A stretch of DNA of 54,960 nucleotides from Candidatus Heimdallarchaeota archaeon (GCA_020348965.1 CP070760.1:2624298-2679257); one strand, 5' to 3'; positions 8,842-17,474 are shown, counted from the stretch's first letter. Notes: a model not told the origin generated them from the letters alone. A program made the numbers and translations.

Positions 8842-8858
8842 ATTTTTCACCTTTCTGT

Positions 8859-9644
8859 TTAAGTATAAAACATTCGTTCAATTTCTGAGAGCGTGGAGAG
8901 AAGGTCTATCCGTCCCTTAACATAATCCTCCAAAGGCCCTCGTATCAGTGGATATTTAGTTAAAACCTCACTATCTAATCCAATCGGAAAATTCTTTTTA
9001 CGCTTGACGATTAAATTTATCACTTCGCCATCCTGAGCATAAAATCGCACAGTAACCTCTTTTTTCCCTGCTGTCGCATCATAGTTCGTCAATATTTGTT
9101 GTATGAGAGGATTGCGTTCAGCTGGTACGGTGGTAGTTTCAGCAGCAACGTGTTCACCCATTACCTGGGGAAGAGCGACTTCAGCTTTTTGATGAATCTC
9201 CTCTAAAACATCTAACACTGAACTTGTTCCAGGAGTCCAATTTTTCATCGTATCTAGGTCATTAATTTCGCAATCTAAAATTTCTCTGAGTTTAGCTGGG
9301 CCGTCGATGTAGGGTCGGTCAGGAAGGTCATCCAACACAAGTAACAGCGGAAAAGCATATTCACTTACTTGCATCTTTATCCTAACCTTACCCACTTCAT
9401 CACCAACTAATTCTCCAAGAAAATTTTCAAGGACTTTCTGCGATTCTTGATAAATGTGATAGTAATCTTCAGCTTCCTCCTCAACCTCAATCGTTTTCGC
9501 TTCCGTTGGCGTTAAAGCAGTCCTCTTCAAGTAATTTGTTAGGTCACAGTATTCACATTTAATAGGGTGATTAAATGTGGGTCTTAAAGCAAGAGGTGCT
9601 CCACAGCCGTTACATTGGGAAACATCAGTTACCATATCGCTCAT
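8859..9644 (-). CDS. Zinc-ribbon protein with two alpha/beta modules, unknown function; first gene of the Ubl-E1 transcription unit
   Basis: N-terminal CNGCG-x17-CEYC ribbon. Same strand as the Ubl gene, which begins 17 nt downstream of its stop (from ATG 8841). Confidence 0.6.
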   Translation of the reverse strand: MSDMVTDVSQCNGCGAPLALRPTFNHPIKCEYCDLTNYLKRTALTPTEAKTIEVEEEAEDYYHIYQESQKVLENFLGELVGDEVGKVRIKMQVSEYAFPLLLVLDDLPDRPYIDGPAKLREILDCEINDLDTMKNWTPGTSSVLDVLEEIHQKAEVALPQVMGEHVAAETTTVPAERNPLIQQILTNYDATAGKKEVTVRFYAQDGEVINLIVKRKKNFPIGLDSEVLTKYPLIRGPLEDYVKGRIDLLSTLSEIERMFYT

Positions 9645-9802
9645 TTTTTTTGATCACCCATTAAGTGAGGAATATTCGTTCGTGATAAGTCAGTCTTTTG
9701 ACCTTAAAAAACTAACTTATTCTGGTGAGAAATTTCCATTTCCCAACCACAGCTTTAAATATCGGCATCGGGTGGAAAACTTAACAGCCATATTGGGCTT
9801 TA
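9645..9802. promoter_or_regulatory. Divergent promoter region between the ZnR-Ubl-E1 and E2-JAMM units
   Basis: 158-bp AT-rich spacer between head-to-head genes, with TATA-like CTTTAAATAT and CTTAAAAAA elements. No transcription start data. Confidence 0.4.
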
Positions 9803-10411
9803 ATGGATATTTCTTTTAAAAACTTGGTTAAATACCTTCTTAAATATATTGTGGATGGTACCAACGTGCAGGATTTACACTCCAGACGGCTAAGAGAAGA
9901 GTTTAAACGGATGTTGAAAACCTATCCGCCAAAAACAAGCTCTATTAAGTGGGTCATTGTAAATAACGACCTACATAATTATAAAGCAACAATTAAAGGG
10001 AAATCAAATACTCCATATGAAAAAGGTGAATGGGAAATCACAGTCGATTTACCACCTGAATATCCCTTTCGTCCTCCCATTATCAATTTCCTAACTCCCA
10101 TCTGGCATCCGAATATCTCTGTTGGTCAAACACGATGGAAGTGGGGGAGTAACGTATGTTTAAGCCTTGTGAATTGGAATAATATGGGGAAATCAGGTGG
10201 TTGGAAAGAAACGATAACTTTGCCAAGTGTATTTGAACACATTGAAATGATGTTGGATGTTTATCGTGCAACAGGGGATGTTGACTTTCCAGAATATCTC
10301 GTGGATCCGAATGATCCATTTAATCCTGAAGCAGGGGAACAGATGAGGAAAAAATTTGATAACTTCTGGCAACAGGCTGTCGAATGGACCGAGAAACACG
10401 CTATTGATTAA
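9803..10411 (+). CDS. Ubiquitin-conjugating enzyme E2 (UBC fold)
   Basis: RRLREEFKRM helix 1, PYEKGEWEITVDLPPEYPFRPP, HPN motif (WHPNIS) and catalytic Cys in NVCLSL. Confidence 0.85.
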   Translation: MDISFKNLVKYLLKYIVDGTNVQDLHSRRLREEFKRMLKTYPPKTSSIKWVIVNNDLHNYKATIKGKSNTPYEKGEWEITVDLPPEYPFRPPIINFLTPIWHPNISVGQTRWKWGSNVCLSLVNWNNMGKSGGWKETITLPSVFEHIEMMLDVYRATGDVDFPEYLVDPNDPFNPEAGEQMRKKFDNFWQQAVEWTEKHAID

Positions 10412-10439
10412 TCATCTGAATTAGCCATGGGAACTTTAA

Positions 10440-11024
10440 ATGTCTAAAGAAAGAAAACAAGAAGAACTATCTAAAGAAGAAACCGGGTCCGAGATCAAAG
10501 ATAACATGAATCCTCAAATAGAAAATCTGGATGAACCTGAAGATTCCACAATTTCTTTGACTTCTAAAGTGAAATCTGTGACCATTTTAGGAAATTTACT
10601 TGATGACATGACTGAATATGCCCACAAAGCAATGCCTAGGGAAGCCATTGGTCTATTGGGCGGAACGGAATTTCGTCCTTCAGAATTAAAAGTGTCAAAA
10701 ATACTGTTTGTAACCGAGGGTGATGAAGTTTCTGTATCCTTCTCGGATGAGGATTTCAACTCATTCCAAGAAATACTCGAAGGCGATCTGTATTGTTGTG
10801 GGTGGTGGCATTCTCATCCTGGATATGGACTATTTCTCTCACAAACGGATATAACAACTCAGATTTACTCCTTTCAGCTTCACAATGATATTTCCGTCGC
10901 CCTTGTGGTTGAACCTACGTCAATCGGTGCTAATGGGCGTGCTGCTTTCCAGTTTTATCAAGTTGTTGGTGAAGAGGGGAAAACTCCTTTTACATACAAA
11001 GAGATTGCTAGTTATATTCAATAG
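10440..11024 (+). CDS. JAB1/MPN/JAMM metalloisopeptidase (Rpn11-like deubiquitinase)
   Basis: Upstream Glu (PREAIGLLGG) and JAMM motif HSHPGYGLFLSQTD. Lies 28 nt downstream of the E2 gene. Confidence 0.85.
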   Translation: MSKERKQEELSKEETGSEIKDNMNPQIENLDEPEDSTISLTSKVKSVTILGNLLDDMTEYAHKAMPREAIGLLGGTEFRPSELKVSKILFVTEGDEVSVSFSDEDFNSFQEILEGDLYCCGWWHSHPGYGLFLSQTDITTQIYSFQLHNDISVALVVEPTSIGANGRAAFQFYQVVGEEGKTPFTYKEIASYIQ

Positions 11025-11213
11025 TAGTGGAACTATTTAATCTCCCAGCATTCTTGAACACAATATTCTGATATGAGAGCTGTTAAGAAAGCGATTAGAT
11101 TTATTCAAGAAATGAATTGCCACTAGGTTTATTCAACAAATAGAAGGGAGATGGATTGAAAGTTCTATCAGACGTAAGAAAAACGATTTAAATTTCTAAA
11201 ATTTTTGTTGTCT

Positions 11214-12014
11214 ATGAGTCTGATGATGAGATCAATTGGTTTTACAGAGTTTTTCTTAAAATATCTTATTCAGATTTTCCTTCAAGACGCATATACCATT
11301 GTTGATATGTTTATAATTTTTTTAGGCCCTGGAACAGTTTTATTTTTTACTTTCTATCTTATGTGGTCTGGAAGACGGAAAAATCACAAAATAATGAAAC
11401 TGACACGAGAAGCCCTTCTAGAAGTCTTTTCAGATGAATTTAGTGATCTTGTAATGGATGAAATGAGTTCAAACGGTGGTTTATTATATCCAAAGTACAA
11501 GAAATCATTCGATTCGCCTTTTAAAGATTTCCGTGTTGTATTTGCATTGGAAGAAAGGCATCTCATGTTATCGGTAATAATCTCTAAGTTTTCAGGTGTA
11601 AATGACTACATTGCTCTGGAAGCCAACTCAAAAAAAGGAAAAATTCCGACTAAAATTCAAATTATACCCAAACATGAAGAAGGTCAGATAAAAAAACACC
11701 AAGATTTACTTTTCACCCTTGATGAAATTCAACTAAGGGTACAAAAATTAGATGATTTCTTTGTACTCAAAGCAACATCACAACGGAGTGGGACCTATTT
11801 TCTTGGTGATAAAGAGCTCCTGAAACTAATCTATACTCTTCGGAAGGTAATCGTTCGAATTTCTATCGATTCTGGGGAAGATCCAGCAATTCGTATCTAT
11901 GCAAGAATTAATGAAGATTTAAATCTCGAAAAATTACATGAATTATTTCTTGTCCTTTGTAAACGGGTTGATGAGGTCTCTGAAAAAGTTGTTATGAAGA
12001 AAAGACGTGGATAA
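11214..12014 (+). CDS. Membrane-anchored hypothetical protein
   Basis: One or two N-terminal hydrophobic helices, then a soluble alpha/beta region. No recognisable motif. Confidence 0.45.
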   Translation: MSLMMRSIGFTEFFLKYLIQIFLQDAYTIVDMFIIFLGPGTVLFFTFYLMWSGRRKNHKIMKLTREALLEVFSDEFSDLVMDEMSSNGGLLYPKYKKSFDSPFKDFRVVFALEERHLMLSVIISKFSGVNDYIALEANSKKGKIPTKIQIIPKHEEGQIKKHQDLLFTLDEIQLRVQKLDDFFVLKATSQRSGTYFLGDKELLKLIYTLRKVIVRISIDSGEDPAIRIYARINEDLNLEKLHELFLVLCKRVDEVSEKVVMKKRRG

Positions 12015-12041
12015 TCCCAGAATGAAGAGAATAAAGAAAAG

Positions 12042-12605
12042 TTACATAAGGTCAAGTTTCTCTGTAACCCTCTGACGTAACCACTCAAGTCCTTCTTCGA
12101 CATTGAAACCCGTTTTAGCAGAGGTAGGAACAATCGCATAAGAGTGAGTAGTGACTTTATGAAGATTAAGGGCTCGAGCCACCTCTCCTGCAGAAGCTGC
12201 ATTTTCTAGATCCTGTTTATTAGCAAGGACTAGAATGGGAATATTTTCAACTCGATCATTGTCGAGGACATATTTCCAAAGCTCTGCTTGGGCTTCTGGA
12301 AATCGGTAATTATCAGCTGAGTCGACAACATATACAATTCCCATAGAACCAGCCATATAACTTTCCCAAAGAGATTCACGGAAGGCTTCTTGGCCTCCTA
12401 TGTCCCAAGAAATGAATCTAACATTTCCTGAGCTAAATTCATCAACATTCATACCCAATGTTCGGAAAGTACTACCATCAAATTCTCCAGAGGTTATCCT
12501 TCTTACAATAGTGGTTTTTCCAGCGTGGTCGAGACCCAACCACGCAATCTTCACTGTTAATTTCTCTTTGGCAATCTTTGCACGGAGCTTTGAAAGAAAA
12601 CTCAT
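12042..12605 (-). CDS. Arf/Arl-family small GTPase
   Basis: P-loop GLDHAGKTT, Arf-type switch II WDIGGQEAFR, NKQDL, SAKTG. N-terminal amphipathic segment MSFLSKLRAKIAK. Confidence 0.85.
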   Translation of the reverse strand: MSFLSKLRAKIAKEKLTVKIAWLGLDHAGKTTIVRRITSGEFDGSTFRTLGMNVDEFSSGNVRFISWDIGGQEAFRESLWESYMAGSMGIVYVVDSADNYRFPEAQAELWKYVLDNDRVENIPILVLANKQDLENAASAGEVARALNLHKVTTHSYAIVPTSAKTGFNVEEGLEWLRQRVTEKLDLM

Positions 12606-12614
12606 TTAGAGCAC

Positions 12615-13166
12615 CTATACGTTTTTCCGTGACATTTGTCTACGGAACTTGTCACTCATCCACTGCCAAGGTTCATCGACACCTTCACCAGTCAGTGCTG
12701 AACAAGGATAAACTGCAAAGGATCTAGGTCTTGCAGCCATCTCTTTTTCAAGGCCTAATGTGTGAATGATGCTTTCAAGAGACATGGCTTCTTCTAAATC
12801 TTGCTTGTTTGCCAAAAAAAGAAAAGCAGAGTCTTCTGGCGACCATTGAATAACATTTTTTAGCCATTTTCCAGCTTTTTCTACCTTAGATCTATCTGCT
12901 GAGTCAAAAACGAATACAATTCCTGAAGCTTTTGATACAAATGGTTCCCATAGGCTGGTGGGGTATGTTGGTTGTCCTCCTAAATCTGCTGCCATTACTT
13001 CAATGTCGCCTATCTTTAGGGTTTCAATATTCATCCCCATCGTTGGTACGGTCTCTAGATTTTCATCTCCCTTAAGTCTTTTTACCAAAGTTGTCTTTCC
13101 TGCATTTGCTAGGCCAACAAAAGCCATTTGATTTTCTATCTCACGTCCGAATAGTTTTGTAGGCAT
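12615..13166 (-). CDS. Arf/Arl-like small GTPase (divergent paralog)
   Basis: GLANAGKTT, DLGGQ, NKQDL, CSALTG. Lies 9 nt upstream of the other Arf-like gene. Confidence 0.8.
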   Translation of the reverse strand: MPTKLFGREIENQMAFVGLANAGKTTLVKRLKGDENLETVPTMGMNIETLKIGDIEVMAADLGGQPTYPTSLWEPFVSKASGIVFVFDSADRSKVEKAGKWLKNVIQWSPEDSAFLFLANKQDLEEAMSLESIIHTLGLEKEMAARPRSFAVYPCSALTGEGVDEPWQWMSDKFRRQMSRKNV

Positions 13167-13362
13167 TCGATTTCCCTTTAAGGAGTTGTCTTTGATTTGT
13201 GGTTATTTAATAAGAGAAATATATGTTCATAATGTTAGGTGTTTAACTTAAGGGTCTATCCGTTCCATTCTGCTTTATTTCAAGATTGCACAGGTAAATT
13301 CAACATAAAGAAATTACTATTAGTGTTTGTTTGAAGAATTGTGTGAATGATTAAAACTGTTT

Positions 13363-15255
13363 CTAAAGTCCCCATATTGGTTGAGAAGACACATATTTTG
13401 GGAAGGCACGTGGGAATATAGGTTTATTCGCAGTATTTTCATTGATATATGCTATTATATCCTCTAGTATTTGAAATTCTTGAGTTTCTTCAGTTCGATA
13501 GCGAACACTTATTTTATCGTGCTTAACTTCTTTTTCTCCAATTACAAATATCAAAGGGATCCATGCTTTTTCGGCAGCACGAATTTTCTTGGCGAGAGAA
13601 AGATCACGGTCATCGATCTCAACACGAATATCTTCCTGTTCGAGTTCTTCAGCAATTTTTTCAGAGTAAGGTAATACTTCATCATTGATCGGTAAAATTC
13701 GGACTTGTATTGGGGACAACCAGAGTGGTAATTGAGGTTTAAGCCCTTTTTTCATTCGCTTGAGTTGTTCTTCAAGAATCCCATAGATAACACGTTCAGT
13801 TGATCCTGATAAAGAGCAATGTAAAAGTAATGGGTACATTTCTTGACCTTGGTTATTAATATATTTAATATTAAACCGTTCAGAGTTTTCTACATCAATT
13901 TGAACCGTAGATAGAGCAGCTGCTTTTTTCTGAGCATCAACAACATTAAATTCAAATTTTAAAATGAAGTATGCGTATCTACGATCGAATAATTCAAGGA
14001 GGATGGGTTTTTCAAGGTTCTTTATTAAAGAGATTAACCAATCCTTATTCTCTTCATAAAAATCTGTTGTCATTCGGAACGCAGTTTCAAAATTAACATC
14101 AATATCCCGCATATACTGCGCCGAAAGTCTGAACTGAGCCTCAAATTCTTTTTTAGCCATATTCAGATCTATTGCAGCAGTATGTAAATCGGGCATGGTG
14201 AAGGCACGAAGACGACGGATACCAGCCAGTTCACCGCGTTGCTCGCGACGAAAAGAAGCTGACATCTCGAATATTTTGAGAGGAAGTTGTCGGTAACTAA
14301 TTATCGCGTCCGAAATTGTAAGAAACTGGCCAAAGCAAGCTGAAAATCTAAGAAAATACTCTTTGGAACCAGATCTCACTACATATTGTCGTGCTGGGAA
14401 ACGTTCCAAATATTTCTTAAGAGAAGGGTGCTCATAGGAATACATTAAGGGAGTTTCAACAACCATGGCTCCATATCTGATTGCCATGTCGACAACATGT
14501 TTTTCAATCAAGTGTTTGACAATAAAACCTTTCGGAAGAATACGAAAATTTCCTGCATCGCTTCCCTCTTCGTAATCAACTAATTCTAATCGTTTCATGA
14601 GTTCAACATGCTCTGGGGGTGAACTTACCGTTCTATCCTTTGCAGTTTCATAATTAACAAAAGTTTGCAGGTCTTTAAAGTCTCCATATGAATAGGTATC
14701 ATAAGGCGTTAATTCTCCAGCTTGGGTAAGAATGAAGAAGTTGGATTTAGTTTCATCCTCAGCTTTAATTGCAGTAGTTATTTCTGTGTCCAGTTCTTCT
14801 TTGACATCTTCTCTCACACTTAAAATTTCCTTGGAACGCTCTGCAAGGGCATGTCCCTTACACTTTAGAGCGAAGCCTTTATAATAACCAAAAGGAGCCC
14901 GAAGAATATGAAAATCTGGAAATTTTTCCATTAACTGTTCTTGTATTGATTGCAGAATACGTAAGGCATCAGCTGGTTTTGCTGGTGTTGTTTTAACAAG
15001 GTGCACCCATGGGTAAAGAATAACATTAGTCTCTTTGACGTCTTGTAGTGCCCGTTGAATCTCTAAAATAGTTTTATTAAGTAATTGAGAAGTATTATTT
15101 GTATCAGTATTCTCCACGCCAATAAAAATAATCATTACAGAATCAGCTGTTTCATACTCACCCAATATAATATCCGATAGCGATTCTGGGTTACTTACTG
15201 CTTTATCGTTGACTTTCCAGCTAAATCCATCTGAATGAATTAATAATAATTGCAT
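13363..15255 (-). CDS. thrS: Threonyl-tRNA synthetase, archaeal type with N-terminal editing domain
   Basis: MQLLLIHSDGF start typical of the archaeal ThrRS editing domain. Class II core motifs (FRREQRGELAGIRRLRAFTMPD). C-terminal anticodon-binding domain. Trimmed to ATG 15255. Confidence 0.9.
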   Translation of the reverse strand: MQLLLIHSDGFSWKVNDKAVSNPESLSDIILGEYETADSVMIIFIGVENTDTNNTSQLLNKTILEIQRALQDVKETNVILYPWVHLVKTTPAKPADALRILQSIQEQLMEKFPDFHILRAPFGYYKGFALKCKGHALAERSKEILSVREDVKEELDTEITTAIKAEDETKSNFFILTQAGELTPYDTYSYGDFKDLQTFVNYETAKDRTVSSPPEHVELMKRLELVDYEEGSDAGNFRILPKGFIVKHLIEKHVVDMAIRYGAMVVETPLMYSYEHPSLKKYLERFPARQYVVRSGSKEYFLRFSACFGQFLTISDAIISYRQLPLKIFEMSASFRREQRGELAGIRRLRAFTMPDLHTAAIDLNMAKKEFEAQFRLSAQYMRDIDVNFETAFRMTTDFYEENKDWLISLIKNLEKPILLELFDRRYAYFILKFEFNVVDAQKKAAALSTVQIDVENSERFNIKYINNQGQEMYPLLLHCSLSGSTERVIYGILEEQLKRMKKGLKPQLPLWLSPIQVRILPINDEVLPYSEKIAEELEQEDIRVEIDDRDLSLAKKIRAAEKAWIPLIFVIGEKEVKHDKISVRYRTEETQEFQILEDIIAYINENTANKPIFPRAFPKYVSSQPIWGL

Positions 15256-15463
15256 TATTAACCACAATGTCCTGTTTTGACGTATTCTAGGTCATGACAT
15301 CCGAAATTTTACTCTTCAAAAGTACTTTTCCCACTACTTTGAAAATACAGAAAGATGTCGGATAGTCGTTCCCCCGTTGGCCATGTTTGAAAAACTGGTT
15401 AGAAAGTAAACAAATTCAAGTGATTCTAGGATTATTGTAACAGATTAAGAACGGACAGTAAAA

Positions 15464-16066
15464 TTAAGACAAAAAGTTCTCAACAAAAAAAGAAACGGAT
15501 GAATCAGGAATGCCTATCTTTACAAAAGTTGCCCACGCTTCTGCTTTATTATATCCTTCTGAAATGGTTCGTTCTGTCATAAATTCATAATATTCATGAG
15601 GAAAAACTACCCATTTTGTTGTTTCTTCTACATAATAATGGGGTATGATTTTAGACCAAGGTTTACAGAGAAATGTGGCTATTTTAACGTTTTTAGGATT
15701 CTTTGGGTTAAGATAGTCAAGTGCACATTGAAGGCTAGCACCAGTATCTGCAAGGTCATCTACTAAAAGGATTTTTTTCTGATTAATCGGCGTGGTAACA
15801 TCCTGTTCAACCAAAGGTTGAGTATGGGTCTCTGCTATTCCAGTATAGAACTTTATTTGCATTGTAGCAAGGATAAATTTTGTTTTTTCATTTTTAAACG
15901 GGATTTCTGCTTCGAACATATCACTTAATAATCTAGCAGGAATAGTACCTCCTCTACTTATTCCTAATATGATTTCAGGAGCATAATCGTCATTTTTGAC
16001 AAGGTGAAAAAGATTTTGTGCTAACTGGTCTATTTCTCGCCATGTGACGATCCTAAACTTATCCAT
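15464..16066 (-). CDS. Purine phosphoribosyltransferase family protein
   Basis: PRPP-binding motif KILLVDDLADTGASL and Gpt-like length. Confidence 0.75.
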   Translation of the reverse strand: MDKFRIVTWREIDQLAQNLFHLVKNDDYAPEIILGISRGGTIPARLLSDMFEAEIPFKNEKTKFILATMQIKFYTGIAETHTQPLVEQDVTTPINQKKILLVDDLADTGASLQCALDYLNPKNPKNVKIATFLCKPWSKIIPHYYVEETTKWVVFPHEYYEFMTERTISEGYNKAEAWATFVKIGIPDSSVSFFVENFLS

Positions 16067-16323
16067 CTTATCAGCTCAAGATTCTAGATATAAATTTCGT
16101 ATGAAACTAACTTTTCAAGGAAAGATTTTAAGAAAACCTATTCGTTGGAATCAATGCTTATTTCTAATGGAGAGTTGTTTAAATAACCCAGTACATTCTT
16201 GAAAAAGTTAATAATTCATGGCTTTTAGTATTTACTGGAACCCTTGAGACGAAGCTAGATCCTTCGAAAATTGGGGAGATTATAAACCGCATTTCATCGA
16301 AATTCGATTTAATAGCAACTCAA

Positions 16324-16743
16324 TTGCTAGAAAATCGCTATATTTGGGGTTATCGTCATCTTTATTCTGCAACATGGCATGCTTTAATGGCAATGAAAAC
16401 TAAGAGAATGATCTCTAAAACACTTTCTATGGAGGTTCTTCTTTATTCATCTGGCCAACGGCAAATAAAGAAAGCCATCGCCCTCTTAGGAGTGAAAGAA
16501 AACACAGAAGAAGTTGTTGGAATGCTTCTTGGGAAGACAGAACAATTTCTGATTGATGCATTTACCCAGGTCAAAGAAGATCTTCACCTAAAAGTGAATC
16601 TCGATCTTCTAGAGGATTACTCGTCGAAAAGTCAAGATGTTACCCGAATGCTTGCTAACGATGGATTTAAAGCATCAAAATTCACATTTTCAGAAATTGA
16701 AAAAGCTATCCTTCAAAGAGTCGCTCTTCTGGCCTTAGAGTGA
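16324..16743 (+). CDS. cgi121: KEOPS complex subunit Cgi121 (5' end unresolved)
   Basis: Signature LLYSSGQRQIKKAIALLGVK, matching Cgi121 (ASGQRQI...AI..G). The reading frame stays open and protein-like back to 16183 (see findings). Confidence 0.75.
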   Translation: MLENRYIWGYRHLYSATWHALMAMKTKRMISKTLSMEVLLYSSGQRQIKKAIALLGVKENTEEVVGMLLGKTEQFLIDAFTQVKEDLHLKVNLDLLEDYSSKSQDVTRMLANDGFKASKFTFSEIEKAILQRVALLALE

Positions 16744-16757
16744 GAGTTAAAACTTAA

Positions 16758-17279
16758 TTAAGTTGAACTACTCAGTTTAAGTTCAAAATGTGGTTGCATC
16801 ACAGAAATCCCTGTTAGATCTCTAACAATTTCGATTCTGATCTCAAAGTCTGGATGGGTAAGATTAACTGTTCCCCAATCTATTCGATTTGCTACGGCCT
16901 CCACTACTTGAAATGTTCTTAAAGTGGTTTGTCGTTTCCGTACATGGACTTTCCATGAATGTGTTGGAAGAATCTTAGCCTTTGCAAGTGAGGCTGCATT
17001 TTCAACAATTTTTATGAGATCAGTTTTTATCAACTTCTCAAGTGGAACAATTTTGAGGCATGCGACCAAAGGACCTCTCTCCTCAATAAATTGACGGATT
17101 TCCTCAATCACATCAAATGGTTTGGTATCGCCCATTAACCGCAAAATTGCTAAACCAGGCACACGAGCTTTCAACGGCCGAACTCCATGCCCCAGAACAT
17201 CTGACACAACATAATAAGCTTCAGAAAGAGCATCGCGTTCGAAAGTTCGCTTTGAGCTGATCAAAAAGCTCATGACCAT
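16758..17279 (-). CDS. THUMP-domain RNA-binding protein
   Basis: Ferredoxin-like plus THUMP pattern (WKVHVRKRQTTL, NLTHPDFEIRIEIVRDLTGISV). About 170 aa archaeal stand-alone type. Confidence 0.7.
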   Translation of the reverse strand: MVMSFLISSKRTFERDALSEAYYVVSDVLGHGVRPLKARVPGLAILRLMGDTKPFDVIEEIRQFIEERGPLVACLKIVPLEKLIKTDLIKIVENAASLAKAKILPTHSWKVHVRKRQTTLRTFQVVEAVANRIDWGTVNLTHPDFEIRIEIVRDLTGISVMQPHFELKLSSST

Positions 17280-17297
17280 GGGGCCTCGATATTGGTA

Positions 17298-17474
17298 CTA
17301 TTCTTCTTCTCTAAGTAACCAAGCAGAGGAGATCAGATCCGTGGTGCCGCATTTCGGACAACTGGGTTTTGTTATGTAAACCCCATCTTCTTCCACAGTA
17401 ATAAATTTTGTTTTCTGGAAACGATTGCCGCATTCTGGATTTTGGCAGATATAGACATCAGGTTTCTCTACCAC
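17298..17474 (-). CDS. 58-aa zinc-ribbon protein (absent from the ORF track, below its size cutoff)
   Basis: Hand translation gives MVEKPDVYICQNPECGNRFQKTKFITVEEDGVYITKPSCPKCGTTDLISSAWLLREEE. GTG start preceded by AAAGGAG. Fills the gap between the GTPase and THUMP genes on the same strand. Confidence 0.55.
   Translation of the reverse strand: MVEKPDVYICQNPECGNRFQKTKFITVEEDGVYITKPSCPKCGTTDLISSAWLLREEE

Noticed and set aside
9577-9819. 80-aa ORF spanning the divergent promoter between the ZnR and E2 genes
   Set aside because: It overlaps both gene starts and the AT-rich spacer, with no coding signal.
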